Positions 1 to 23,800 of a DNA stretch of 64,000 bases are shown here, piece after piece. The DNA is taken from the NCBI GenBank assembly GCA_977030845.1, contig OZ365111.1, forward strand, positions 47,802,001 to 47,866,000, read 5' to 3'. A model generated the notes under the pieces. It saw only the letters and a program-made list of their open reading frames with translations, did no database searches and was not told the origin of the DNA. The DNA comes from Fimbriosthenelais zetlandica (taxonomy: Eukaryota). Made by a program: the position numbers and the translations under genes. Every line of letters starts with the position of its first letter. Within the stretch, counting starts at the first letter, position 1.

Positions 1-258
1 TCATATATGGGCTCTCATAGGCTCCATCTGGTGGATAATTTACCAAGTTTTCTTGGAGAAATTCAAAGTGATAAATTGAGAGGAAATCCTTAGGGAATAG
101 TCTCTGAAGCTTAATTTTAAGATATATAAATCGAAAGGTGAGATATTTTTGTCACATGTTAATGGTTGACTTGGCATAGTTTGAGGTAGTGTGTTGGCCA
201 GCAGCCACATGGTTTGAGTGGTAGTCGTGCCACCCACCCAGGTGGCAGGCATACATAC

Positions 259-315
259 ACGTTGTTTACCACCAGACCGGCCGTCTGTGGTGGTGGGTGC
301 CTCCTGCGACCCCGC
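259..315 (-). CDS. Candidate KLC C-terminal exon (AGSQEAPTTTDGRSGGKQR)
   Basis: Acceptor tgttgtttccag at 316/315, phase 0 open frame compatible with the end of exon 1431, GC-rich, donor gtatgt at 258. An alternative donor at 269 is possible. Confidence 0.4.
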
Positions 316-1409
316 CTGGAAACAACATGAGGGCTAGAACTAAGTGCATATCACAATCATCTACACAGATGCCCGTCACCCGCCACACTACTGTGTGCTA
401 GACCAGAGGTACATGTATGCTCATCATGAAAAAATGTATTGTTCCAAAAAGTTTGATTTCCTCAAAAAAGTTTGTTTTCTTCCCAAAAGTTTTTCCCCGA
501 CAAAATATCTGGACTGAATTATTACTTGGCAATCAATAAAATGGAAGTACTGGTAAGATGCTGGACAGAAACCACTCTGAAAAAATTTCTTTTTAACCAA
601 AAGGGATCACGTTTGGAACTGAGTTTGAAGGCTCAGTAGAATAATTCAGAGTCCTATGTTGCACAGTTCTTCTTTTCTAAAACTGATAATTTTTTTTTAA
701 ATAAATTTTTTCATGTACCCTGTCTAGTAGGTAACAGCTGCCTCAGTCTCTCTACTCAGCCAAGGCATTTCTTTAAATTATATGCAGTCAACGGTAATAT
801 TTGTTGAAGTTTTCAGAAGATAAGCTTTAAAAAAAATCTGAATAGGTAAAAAAAATGTCTCAAAGATTATGGATAAAAAAAACCAAGCAAAGTACTCATG
901 TAGAAGATAAGCAAGCGCATCATTCAAAGCATTATCTCACAAATGATTCCCAAAGGACTTTCTGTTTTTAAAAGGCCTAACTTACTGGGAGTTTCATTAC
1001 TTATATTAGAAGAAGAATTTTACAGAAGAAGGTCATGCCTTAGCATGGAATTTTCGTAGTAGAAATTCAAGCAAAATATAGGATTGGTCTTGTCCATCAA
1101 GAAATACTCCGTCAAACAGGCATTTAATTTAGCAAAGAGGAGGAGGGAGAGGGCTTAGACGACAGATCAACGGCTGGACAAAAGATGGGACGAAATGAAA
1201 TAATAAAATACAAGATTAAACCCAAACATCTCCTTCACATACATACACTGTGCCCAGTATCCCTGTATTCTGATGAGTGTTTTTCATTTGATATTTTGTA
1301 TTTTTGTGGGGTTTTCGGGTTGTCGGATGGTAAGGACCTATACCTATTGGGGACAGTGGGCCTGTACTCCTGGCTGACTGTGTGATTAGTCAGCCTCTCC
1401 GCATGTCTA

Positions 1410-10330
<8,921 letters not shown>

Positions 10331-13300
10331 CTTGCCAATCTCCTCAATCTTCTTTCTGCAAGGGAGAAAAAAAACACAGCCGCCATTACTATAGTGTCTC
10401 AAACATAATAAATATGTGTACATCCAGTAATAATAATATAATGTATACGCCTGCTGGAAAATCTCTAGAGCAAGAAGTAAGGAAAGCTTTTCATATTAGT
10501 ATTTTGATACAATGGGAAATAACAAAGATTAATGATGATTTTTCCTAGTAAAATGCAAATTGACAGGATGAGTTTTCAAAATTTTTCTAAATATCTCAAT
10601 AACATCTACCTATTATTATAACCATGGTTAATGTGTTATTGACATGGAACAAAACTGTCAATGTGGAAAACAAAGATACATAATAATCCCTTTGAGAAAA
10701 AGCTCCGATATGGAAATCCACCAGTTGATTCATGAACCATATGCTTCTGCCACGATTAACGGTTAGCTCTATACACCTAAACACACTAAAAAAATAACTA
10801 TATTCCGTGATATATAAATATGTCTTATATTAACCCGAAAAATCTCCAGAAAGCCATGGTTATGGTGTGTTTGACCGGTCTGTGCTGGTTATATAGAGGA
10901 TAGCGAGGTAAGCCGTCAAGGAGGCAGCCATTGTGTGTCGCAGCGACAAAATCTCTCAGCATTACCTTCCGGCCAGACAAAGCAGAAGGCGAAATTACCT
11001 TCTCCCGTGCCTCCCCGCCACTCTCTCATTGGTCGATTTAATTTTAGATCCGTTTTTTACATTTTTTGTTATTAATCTCTTGACCCTGGATAAGAGAAGT
11101 GCTGCGCACCGGTCGTTGAAATGAGTGTTTAGTAAATTTAAATGTCAAATAATATTAGCTTCTTACATTTTAACTCTTGCTGAGTTAACTTTTCTAAGAT
11201 GAATTGAGTGAGGAATGGAAATCTAGTACCTTGATCGACTACCTATGAAAAGGTCAGAATGTCTCTTGGATTTTTAAACATGTTTAACCAAGAATTGATC
11301 TGGAAATATGTTGAGTATTAAAAATATTCAGTGAAGATAGTATTCTTAAACATTTATCTCAATTTATCTGTCAACTCTCAAATTTCTCCTCAAGGATACG
11401 ATATTTTAGCTCGGAGTCAATGACCTGGCAGGTTGTTACATGGTCAATAAAATAATAAAATAGAGGCCTTCTGCATGTCTACTGACGGTTAAAGGATGCA
11501 ATATTAGTAATAGGAAAGGCAGACAAAACAAGCTTCAACAGGAACATCAGCACGATGGCAGATCCATTCCCCAGACAGTCGTCACCGCCAACCACCACTC
11601 ATTCACTCTCTATCTCCTCCCATTATATAATTCTCTTCCTCATTCACTCTCACCACCTCTCTACCATCCCCATCTGCTTCCTCTCTACCTCCCTCTCCTT
11701 CCCTCCGTCTCTCCCCCCTCTACATCTTTCTCTCTCACTCTCTCCCTCCACCCATCTCTCCCTCTCTATCTGCTCTCACATTAAAAGGCCAGGCTGAAAA
11801 ATGATGGTAACCTTTCAATACTTACAAAACATATCAGTCTCTGTCTTCACTTCTCCCTTTACTTCCAATCTCTCTCCAATTCCCTTTCCCAAACCACTAC
11901 CAATAGATGCTCACGTCTCTTCATTTTATAGCATCTTATTTTCATTCAGATCTTCAATTATTTAGATGGTTCAATTGAAATGTCAGTTCTGTCAATCTGT
12001 CCTTGTTCTTTGATGTTACGTTGTCTGTCAATATATTATTGGTCTGTACATGTATTCATCTGTCAGGGTCTAAATTTGCCTGTCTCTGTCCATCTGTCTC
12101 TCTGTCCCTGTCTTGAAGCCAGCAGTTTTGTAAATGGCTTCTATCATAGCGGGACTGACTGCATGTAGACACGTCATATGGCTATGTTTGTGTAGGCATA
12201 TTGACTCCATATACAGGGACGACCCTAGGGCCTAGTAATGGACAGTCAATGTACATTATAGACCATTACTGTATGACAAGTGTCTCTAGCCATCAGGTTT
12301 TGTTGATTTGTGTTTGGTGTTTTTTTTTTGTTTTTTTTTTTACAGATTAACACCGATAAAAATAAAATATTCTTTGCAGGCTATCGCCATGGTTATTGGT
12401 ATCAATATTAATGATTAAAAACTTTCCCATTTCAAGAATAGAATCTTTCTATGAATGCTTCGGGAAGGACAAAAATATGAATATGAAATATTTGTTTTAA
12501 TGATGAGATTCATTTTCATGGACAAACATTTTCAAAAGAAAACATTCCATGTCTTGTATGTGGAAACAAATCAGGCTTGTCATTATTTTTTATTGCTTGT
12601 ATATAAAAACATTATTTATTTGCATCAATTATGTATTTGGGTTAAACAAGGGAGAAATTAGAGATAGGAAAGAAGTAACAGAGGAATATATGAAAAGGTT
12701 TTCTACGTGGTGTATATATAGACAATGTGAGGGTGCATGTTAGGTACGAACAATTAACACAGAAACAAAATTTATATACAATGTATTACCTGACATATCT
12801 GGAACGTTTGTATGAGTTTCAGCTGTGAAATTGTCTAACTAAAAGTGATTTCAGAGAGGAAATGGTTGTAGAATGGCGGTACTAAATAAAGAGGTTTACA
12901 ACCGTATGTATACATACACCAGTGATGGTGGACAGTGAGCTTAATATTGATTAACATCACTCTCACATTAAACTGCGCCGAAAAATATTTCTAGAGTTTT
13001 ACCTTCACTGGGTTTGATCCAGACTTTCCCTACACTTTCCCTGATGTAATCAAAGCTTGAAATTTGCTGAGTCATTAATGATAATCCTGTAATTGGGAGG
13101 TTTATATGGAGATGATTTTAGATGTGTGTTTATGGCCTTGTAGGGTCAGAGTGGTTGTGTGGATGGTTGGAGCGGGTAGGAGCTTACCTGAACAGTGGTA
13201 CTTGAAACCAGCCTCCCTCTAACCCTCTCACATATACATAGAGATCAATACCTCAGCGTCACCCAGAGCTATCACATATACTTACATGAGGTGGGCCTGT

Positions 13301-16300
13301 GCTGTTTCAGTAGCCATAGTGGATGATTTTCTTTCTTTCTTTCTCTCTAATATATATAATACAAAATACAGAACTATAGGACACAGATAAGAGACACCAC
13401 CGGGGCTTTCTAGAGGTGGGAAGAACAAGGTGCGAGAAGGAAAGAGGTGAAGTAGAGTATGGGTCTCCTGTACACCCTAAGGTTTCTCAAGAAGGTGTGT
13501 CAATGGAGTACACCTTGCACTTAATGACCTCTCAGACTAAAATCTTGGTGCCAAGGCAATGGAGGAGGCGCTGCCAGGGTATATGACTACTACTTTATCA
13601 AGCAAGCACCAATGGGTCCTGTGAGTAGTAGAGAGAGTGGGCCCTGATGCGGGCTCATTGGTGTAAGATGGTGTCAGGAAGAACTGGAGTAGACCACCGG
13701 TTGATATTATGAGTCCTCCAGGGTTTTCTTCCTACCAATGAGTCATGCATTAGTATAGGTGGTGCTAGCACCACAGACACCACCACCAGCACCACTCGCC
13801 TGTTGCCATCCTATTATAATAGCTGCGCAGACACCCTACCTTGTTCACCCTTTACCTACCAAAAACTGCCTACCACAACTAAAACCCATTTTCCATTCAA
13901 AATACCCATTCCAGAGCAATAATATTAACCCTACCGATACACTAGCAAACATACACTGTCATACCATATACTTACATATATGTTACATCAGTCATCTGAC
14001 CCCAAGGGGCACAGACAGACAGAGAGACAGTAGAAGAAATCAGCCTACCTTTCTCTCATCTCGGTGTCTGTCTCACTTCCCTGTCTTTGTTTTACGATTT
14101 CTGGTATCGGCCAGGTATTGGCTGTTTTTTTAGCCGAGTATGACAATAAAGTAAGAGGTTTGCTGAGAGGGATAAGACAAATCCTCAGATATGCCGGTTC
14201 AACCTATGAGCCACCATAACGCCTCCATGTTTAGTGGGGAGATAATCAATGCAAGTGATGTCATGGTCGAATGACTACTCTATACCACTACCACACCACA
14301 CTGGTATCTCCCCTTAAAACCCCCAATACATCCACCCACACCCATATAATACACAATATAATATTTAATTAACCATTAGGTATCATTAGGGGTGTGTATT
14401 AGGGTAAATGAATGATTTTGGCTGATTTTTCTGGGTTTTGTATATCGGTTAGAGGCTATTATTGATCGCTTTGGTAGGGTGAACATAAGATATGCTGTGA
14501 CGTAGGCTGGTGGGTATGAATAATGCACAGCCCTCCGCATAATGCGGAGGAGAGGGAGGCTGGGAGATGCTGGTGCTGTGAGGGTTTAGCAGTGCTGGCT
14601 TCAGTGGAAGCAGCAGCAGCAAATCCAACACACAAAGGCAATCTACCACACTATACCCCTGGATGGAACTCTCTTAATACTGTTCAGACTTAGTCATTAG
14701 CTTCTATTTTTATTGCATGAGACAAAGGTAGAATGACTGAATATTAATTATGTTTAAAGAATTCTGCGGGGACCATTTGAATTCTGATCAGTTTGGAGGG
14801 GTTGAAATGATGGTTTAAATGATTTATGTGAGGGGCAAAGTGCACAGACTCAGAGTATATTCTCTGGCGTTCGACCATTTGCATCCCAGCTGCCCTCGAA
14901 GAAGCAGATGTTCAATAGCAGGCAATCTGGGAAGCAACGCCCAATTTAAATAAGTCCCACTGCATATGGACAAAAGCATCGGTGAGGTATCAAAGGCTAG
15001 TAGCATGTAGTATGGTTTATGATTTTTTTCTGGTATTAGCGTGGATGGAGTGAGGGTATGGGTGGAGGTTTGGACAGTGGGATGGATAATGAGGGAGATA
15101 TTAGGCGGATTCCTCTTTTCCTCAATAATTATGAAGATGCGCTGCTGAGAAAAGCAAGTGATGTCACCCAGACTCTGGCTCTCTGTCTTATTGTTAGACT
15201 GAGAGGGTCTGCTGCTGGTGCTCACACTGGTGGTTCATTATCATACACAGAGGTCATGACCTTCAACTAGAGAAAGGTGGGGGAGAGGAAAGAGAAAGGA
15301 GAGAGAGGGAGGGGGAGGGAGAGAGAGAGGGAGAAAGAGTAGACTAGGGAGAGAGTGTGAGGGAGGAGAGAAAGAAGGGGAGGGAGGATGAGAAAATGTA
15401 TCCTCTCCTTCACTTACACTTCACAAACTTCAATGCGAAATCAAAGGAAAATGGTCGGTTTCTATGGTTACCATCCCCTAGCACCCGAACATTTCCACAT
15501 AAATGACCTTCAGTCTTTTTCCCAAAGAAAATACATGTATGTACAAAGTTCCGCCAGTTTGAAGAAATAACACATTTTCCTTTCCTTTTGTCAGTTTAGT
15601 TTCATAAATCAGCATAAAAATAAAACCTTCCTTTTTAATCTCCAGCAAACTGAAGAGAAAAGCTAATAAACTTACTGAGACAATGTTCAAAGAAAAACTG
15701 CAAATAGGGAGTACAAAAACCATTTAATTTTCTAACCATTTCAAGTCTGTGGTCTACAGGAAAGACGATGTAAACCGACTGAAAATTGACTTAACCTTGA
15801 GGGATAAGAGGAGCTGTGGGAGAGGCTTTTAGTGGGCAGTAGATTAAGTATTATATCATTAGACCTACTCCAGCCGAGATCACCTAGACCGCCACCAGAC
15901 CATTTATGGTGGAGTAGGAGGAGGAGAGGCTATGAAAGCCTCCTAATACCCAGGCTTACCACACCAGTGCTGCCCACTGGTGTATGAAAACAGAAGATTA
16001 GCCATAAACACTGCAGCTAGTAATGAATTCTGAGAGCCTATAAGATCTATAGGCACAATAAAAGACATATAGCTACATTTTATGTGTAGAAAACTCATGC
16101 ATGTATACGAGTTAATGATAAAAAATTTCCCTCATATTTTGGACCAAGATTTAGAGTCCACAGAGGATTATTTTTCTTTATTTTTTAAAACAATTTTGCT
16201 GTCAAAATGCCAGTAAAAGTAGGAATAAATGTATATTTTCCTTGGATTTCACATGGGAAATGCGGTGGTTATATATCAGGACCCTTGGAATATTAATTAG

Positions 16301-17211
16301 TAAGATGGATGAATGCAATAGACATTGAGTTTATGACCCATTATGTAACTACATGATACTTAAATATTTACATTCAACACACCTTTCGTCTGGAAACAAT
16401 CTTCACCAAAAGCAAAGCTTTCACTACAAGACCTCCTTAGATGAACAATCACCACCTGAACACCTTTCTCAATGCAATATTATCAGGGATATGAATAAGA
16501 CCAATTATTCCACGAAGAATGGCATGGGAAATGGGATGTGGAGGAATAGTTTGGTTCCTTGTTCAAACAAGGTATTTTTTCTGGGTCAGATCCCTTATAA
16601 TTCCTACACTTTAGCATGTGGATATAGATGATACATACAAAAGGTGGTACCTCCACTCTATTCTCCACACTCCCTATAGGGGCAAAGGAGGCCCAGCTGA
16701 CATGATATCTCAATGGTAAGTTTTTATCAAGAACAACCAGGTGCAAATACCTTAACCAGGTGTTCAAAGTATAAGAAAATTGAAGTATTTTTATCAGTAG
16801 ATCTACAGAAAAATACTTCAAAACAAATACAGTGTATATACATATCTTTGTTGAAGGACACACTTGGTGCACTGATTATCTATAGATCTTTCGGTTTTGA
16901 TTAACGATTCTACTGTCTCAATCAAAACGTAGGCAATATGATTTAATGAGATCGTAATATCTTTATTCCTATGCTGCATGAAAAAAACCATCAGACCACT
17001 TGGAAACGGCAATAAGATCATTTGGATAAGACCACACCATTATTTAAAAACATTTGTCAGGCATAAATAATAGTTGTAAACATCATTTAGTGTTGCCTAA
17101 ACATACATGTAACGTACTATTACATATATTCATTGTTTACACCTTGAATGCCATCTGCAGACCTTTAAACCGTCTAGCTGTCAGTATTAGGGACATTAAC
17201 ATTAAGTTTTA

Positions 17212-17394
17212 AGTCGGGTCTCCACTGCTGCGATTTTGCCTGCGAAACTACTGCGACAAAAGTGATGCTTGTATCGCAATAAATTGTCGTCGAAGTGTCT
17301 ATGGCCTGAGGGGCGTCCTCCACTGGTACACTTTTCATTGCCATACAAGCATCACCCTTGCCGCAATTAAAATCGGAGCAGTGGAGTATGGACT
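17212..17394. mobile_element. 183-bp foldback MITE, PIF/Harbinger-like
   Basis: TTA on both flanks (17209-17211 and 17395-17397). Imperfect TIRs AGTCGGGTCTCCACTGCTGCGATTTT vs AGTCCATACTCCACTGCTCCGATTTT. Second internal inverted pair GTGATGCTTGTAT(C/G)GCAAT. Confidence 0.75.
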
Positions 17395-20300
17395 TTAGCA
17401 AGGAACATGAAAGCAGCATGTCTTTAACATGTAAATCGGCCGTCCAGTTGGAGCCCCCGTCCATGGCCCAATGCCAGGGCAAGGATCTTACAACTTGAGG
17501 TCAACTGGTAAAAGTACACGTGGCTTTTTACATCCATCAAAGGTGGTTATATGAAAGCCATGCCAGAAGGAAACACTGTGCCAGCCATGTTTAGATACAG
17601 TTCTCTCAGTAGTATTAACTCAATAAAAAATGTCTATCGCCATAGAGTGGGAGACATGCATGGCTGGCCTTTGAAATAGGTATTTCTTGATTTTCTTCTT
17701 CTGAATGAATTTGGGAAATTGATATATTGCTTCAAAGAAGTTAATAATGTTCCCAAAATATAGGTATTTCTCCAAGGGGAAAAATATTTGCCAAACCCCA
17801 TCAAATCAGAAGTTATGAGAAAATCCCCACCTACACTTTTCCCACTTAATTATCATAAAACTGAGTCATAGAATAATCATGGTGCCCACCTATTAGAGTA
17901 ACACTTTGACCAGACTTGGGGAGATATTCCCCTCGAGTATTCCAATATATCTCAGGGCTGAGTGTCCAACCTTTCCCCCTATAATGCATTCACTACATAC
18001 TGCTCACCACACCATAACAAAGTTCCCTATAAAGGTTGATGACTCATTTACCACTCTGTCTCATGTGTCATGCTATACAAAATTAGAAAATACAGACTAC
18101 AGCCAAACACCGAAAACAAGTAGATGAACCAGGCAAATCCTTCTACATGTATCTCCTTACTTGCGAACTACTAGCCAACTCAATTAAAAAATATAAATTT
18201 GGAAGTTAAAACTTTATAAATTGAACATTGATATGTGTTTTCACATACATACGTGTATGTCAAAACCCATAAAAATGATAATTTTCAGAGATGGGAAAAT
18301 TTGAGTGGATTTAGAAAATTATGGGTTTTATAAAGCATGAGAAATTTGAGAAAGTTGTGGATTTATCTTAAAATCATCTGACAGGGAGGCAGCCAACCAT
18401 TCACCTCTGCTTATTGACAGGAGGATTTAAGCACGATAGGCCATGATACGAACTCCCAGCTGGACAAATGCCTGCTTCCTTCATCCAGAAAATATCTCGA
18501 GATTATATCATTAGACATGTGTGGCATGCCTCGCTCCCATGTCGTGGATGATGAACACAGACATTATGAGAAATAGGACGAGACGCCTAGACCGGCGGAA
18601 ACATTAGATGGAGGAACCACTTCCCGGGTCAGAGCCCAGAGTATATTGAAAATCACTCATTGGTTCCAATTAGAATTCATTTCTTCCATTATTTAGTTTG
18701 TCTGGGATCTAATTTGAACAGAGTTATGCCATTTATATCACAGAAGGTTTCAGGAGAAGGGTAATTATTAAGCTATACTAGTGAGTTTCATTTTCATTAA
18801 GGAATTTTCCCTATTTCCTATCCACCGATTGCAACTGGAAAATGATACTATTATTCTTCCAATAGAAATACCTATGTTAAACTAGGACTGGAATGCTCTT
18901 GTAACAGGGTACCATAAAATGGATTGCATGCAATAAGCATGTAGCATATCATTATGGTTGTATCATACTTGGTCATATCAAGGTTGGGAAATGGGTTAAG
19001 ATCTCTACCCCTATCTGACAGTTACACATACCCGTGTCTGATTTATAGTCGCATCAAGTCTTGTACCCATAGCACATATATCTCTAATGGAAATAGTTTA
19101 TAATTTTCCAGGATATAAATTTCGAACTAATAATATTTCATATAACCTTTATAAATATAGGGGTATTTGATGAAGTAATTTTTACAAATGTGAATCAAAA
19201 AACAATATTCCATGCAGCTGGCCGCGTTGTATAATTTAAAACATCAAAGGGATTTAAATGGGATGTATACAAATGGTCTGAGATGGGATTTCCGGGGCAG
19301 ATTTTGACAATATACTTAAGTCAAAGGGTTAACATAATACAAACAAGGCTCAGAATTATAAGGAAAATCCTACAGAGCGAGGACGAAATCCTTGGGGATG
19401 ACTAGGCTGGGAAAATAGCATTGCTCATAATTCAGTATTTGTCCGCTCACATTATGGTACAATAAATTGTGAAATATGTTCATAAATAATATACTCATGA
19501 CAGAGAAGCATACATAAGAGCCCATCTATTACTGATCGTTAAGGACAATGCTAGGAGCAATGTCTAACAGATCAAAGGATGCCGACACCTTTTATAGATC
19601 CTTGACCATGTCAAAAACTTGTGAGTGGATGAGTAAGTTTGGTGGGGCGGGTGGGGGGTAGCAGCTGGCCCTCAAACATACACACTCCAAACGTGTCAGT
19701 CACCAAATAAAAACAATTGAACATTACATATAAATAATGCAATTAGTCACACACGAGCAAACTGTTAAGTACCAGCTGATCAATTTAATTTACTCGTGAT
19801 TAACACGGTCCCATATCCACTTAAGTTTGTATAAAGTGTCTGCAAAATTCAGATTTTTAGACACATGGGAAATCTACTCAATTCAGTGCCGATTAGTCGC
19901 TGATTAATCTATTGTACGTCCCTTAAGAGACTAAGCTGGAACAAACTCTGTTGGGAATTCATATCACCTACTGACACATTAACATAATAATTTGTTAGCA
20001 TTATTAATATCTAGTTACGACAGAATAAATATATTGAAATAACCATTAACTATGTGTGGTGCCCGTAGGCAGTATACCAACCATCCCATCTTTATGTATG
20101 ATATGTATATTAAATCTAAATATTAAATCGACTGCTAATGTTTTACACATTTTTGCGATCTATAGATGTACCCACTCACTGCAGTGGCATCGGAACCATC
20201 GCAAACCCTAAAGCAGCCCAACTAAAGGCTGACATTCATTGGCTGGAATCAGATAAGAATCTTGTAGAACTAAATATTTAATATTTATTTTAGCATGGTG

Positions 20301-20469
20301 TAATTTGAGGCTATTTTATAGAGTAGAGTGTGAAGTATGATCTATCATTGGGTGTGACCTTGTTTGGACCATGCATTGTACACCCCACTCCACCTACACC
20401 GTCACATGAAAATGGTTGTATGTAGATCTACTGATCACATAGGGAGAGAGTGATGAATGGATACGTTAA

Positions 20470-20823
20470 AGCGGCTCTATCACCCCTCTCTTCCTTCTCT
20501 AATTTTTACTTCCACCTGAGGAGGATACACACTGCCAGAACACAGAGGCCTGCACTTCAGAAAGGGTAGCAATGGTTCTTTAAATAAGAAAAACAGCGGG
20601 AAACATGGCTGGTCTTTAATACCAGAGTTTTCATCACTGAATAAAGGGCTTGGGGAATTGAACTCAGCACCTCATGCACTCCAGTCGAACACTCTACCCC
20701 ATCGGCCATGGCACTGGACTGCAATTGCGACTGGATATTCGCAAAACCGAAGCTGATTTCCTGGCGAATGCCCAACTGGAATCTGGGTCAAACACCATGA
20801 ATGTGATTGGTGATAGAGCCGCT
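20470..20823. mobile_element. 354-bp non-autonomous DNA transposon, Kolobok-like
   Basis: TTAA on both flanks (20466-20469 and 20824-20827); perfect 15-bp TIR AGCGGCTCTATCACC / GGTGATAGAGCCGCT; AG...CT termini. Confidence 0.8.
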
Positions 20824-23800
20824 TTAAGTATTATATAGATGATCATGATCATGTGTTGTCGGTGATTCTAGCTGATCTATATACACATAACATAAAGGCC
20901 AAACATGAAAAGGCCACAATAAAAGGCTTCCCAGTGAGGTACCGATCATACCATACCCCTGTATTATTGACATGCGCTACATATCTATCTCACACAATCA
21001 ATTAGTGAATATTCTATTATATTTTAACAACCTTTTCCACCTGAGGAATTTTGCTATAAATATCCACTCATAGAAAGCGTGTTCAATGAAAGGAGATAAC
21101 TGTAAATGCATTGTATATATTGGGATTAGCTATTTTGGTTCAACAATGGAGGGTCTTTTTCAGCTATTATATGGTAGAATATAGCGGACTATTTATATGG
21201 ACTTCACTCAGCAAAAATGTCTCACCTCCAATTATCATATAGTGGGAGGGGGGAAGATGGAAAGGCAATACAATTTCATTCCCCATGGGATGTCAAAACT
21301 ATTATAAGCTTTTCCAATAATACCTTCATATGTGGTTCAATTTCTGCCAGTTCAAAGTGGATCATTTTTTCCCAGTGAACAAGAGAGCTTTCACTAAATA
21401 GCAGAAGCTCGTACCAATGAAGTGTGTACACAATGTTTTAATACATAACTGACCTGTATTTTGTAGCACCAGCAAAACTCGATGTCAAATAAACATCATG
21501 CGAGTCATGTGAGGAGAGCAAGGCTGAAATAACCTTCTAATATTCCACTATGTCCAAGTATTAATTCATAACACAAATGTGGAAATCTCACACAATGATA
21601 TGATTTGAGAACCGGTTATTATTGTCAGAAATACCCATAGGCCTAAGGATGGGTTATTCACCTTTTACCCAGCAATGTAAATTCCACGCAGATAGTGAGA
21701 GTGGATGTGGATGTGCTGCTTGCCCTGTTTTGATGTTTCACTATATATGCTATAGGTATGTGTATTCAGGTGAGGTAGTTAAAGCTATACTCTATGATGC
21801 AATAGAACTCCAGCGGTGAATTTAAAACAAATCCCAGATTTTGGCCTGGGCTTGTGGCATTTCATTTTAAAGGTATTTAATGGTAGGTCTGGGTTATTGG
21901 GTGTTGTGGGTGGGTGGGTCGTATATGAAGATTAAGATTTATCCAACTTAATCCAGTCTGAAACCCATATAAAAACACTAACACTAATATATAAGTTCAA
22001 AGGCATTGTTATTTTTTCAATAAATAATCACCCCATGTCTGTTATGAACTTTGTTCTATGGCCAACCGAACAAATGTACCTATATACCGGCCTAATTTCT
22101 AACATAAATAGACCAAATTCCTTTTCAAGTGGACAAGCAATTACGTACAAATTTCCCCAAGTGAAGCCTATACTTAAGAACCCAGAAACACAATGTTTAT
22201 ATTTAAGGTCAATGAAAAGCTACTTAGGGGGGCCAGGTGCTTTAATAAAAGCTGGGGTAGAGAAGTAGAGAGAGAGGGGCGGGGAGAGGGAGGCTGTGTC
22301 GATAGGTAGGACAGGTGTTTCCTAATGGAAAGAACTGGACTTAACTGACCCAGATAGGCATTAAAAGGGTGTCAACACAGCGGTGTACATTTCAACTGGA
22401 CATTTTTCACAGGTTCCTACCTTATATTGACCTTCTTTAGCTCGGACATTCTACCTTTCAGCTGGCTTGTTCGTATCAATAAATGGTAAATGAATCCAAT
22501 TTTTTGCAGCTGTGGAATAGGCCGGTCATATCCTGTGTATTGGGTTGGGTATAGCCGCTTGTGCTATGACTATGTGGCCACATATGATATGTCCATACAG
22601 GCAATGGCAATGATCGATTCATCAACTAATATTATCCAATCAATGTTACACAGATATTCACAAAAATCACACATTCCTATAGTCATACGTATCCATTATG
22701 TTTAGACGTTTGCTCAGTATGAATGAGTAGTGCCATGTGTAGGAGGGCTAACTTGTATAGCCAGGTAGGTTGTGACAGTGTGAATGTAGGAGTGAGGTGG
22801 TAGTGGTGCTTTTCTAGCCTGAAGGACGTCACGCTATGTGAGGTGTAAAAGGCCTACACACACTACACACGCAGCTCCCCCCATCGGTCACGATGATCGG
22901 ACCATACACACATATGGTCATATATATGCACGACCCGGTCGGTTTGTCTCTAGAGCGGAAGCCACGCCCCCTTTTCTAATTGACATTTTTTTCGAATAAA
23001 TCTTCGAAATCATGTATATCGACTGACACATATATCTCACTCCCTCATCTGAAACATATATCTCACTTCCTGCCCCAGCAAAACTTTCAGCCAAATTCAC
23101 AATTATTAAAAACCGAAATTTGTACCGCCTTTCTTTTCAAAATAAACAAACATTTCTAAAAGTTCACCCAACCCATTGACCCTTAGAACCTCCAGGGCAA
23201 AATCCTTTAGACCATTCAAAGGCAATTGATATGGAAGAGTTGGGTGTCATTAAAAGGTCGCTTTGAATAGTTGTGGACACAATAGCAATCCCTGGAAGCT
23301 AGAGTAAGATGAAGGGACAAGGCTGAAGCATGGACAACGCACGTGGAGGGAAGTAAATGGGTATAGGTCATGGAAATCACTGTGAAGGTAGGAGTGGGTC
23401 AGCGCATGAGAATATTTGTTTAATGTCTGGTCAGTAATTTTTCAGCTCTTTCAGGATATGGAGGAAAAACGCTGGTTCGTTCACCCATGTAAAGATGACA
23501 GGACATTGATTGATATCCCAGTTAGCAGCACTGGAGGGAGGACAATGACAAGGTTGGGGAATGTTTGGGAATTGAACTTGGGACCTCCCACATTCAAGTT
23601 GAATTCTCTACCCACTGAGTCTCGGTCCCACTTCAGTCCAGGAAACCATTGTTTCCTTCCTCTATCCTCTCTGTCTGTCTCTTGGCCTGTCTCTTCCTAT
23701 CTTCTCCTCTGTTAATTCCCACTTCCCACCTCCACCCGAGCCCTCACTCACATATTCTCTTACAGGTCTCCGTAGAGAAAACCTCCCCTTCTGACTGACT

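Noticed and set aside
12789-12821. 33-nt minus-strand exon-like segment (tttcacag...gtaata)
   Set aside because: It has a stop in the frame needed to join KLC; at most a UTR exon, with no further support.
19320-19332. GTCAAAGGG|TTAA, a piggyBac-like right end
   Set aside because: No matching left end found nearby.
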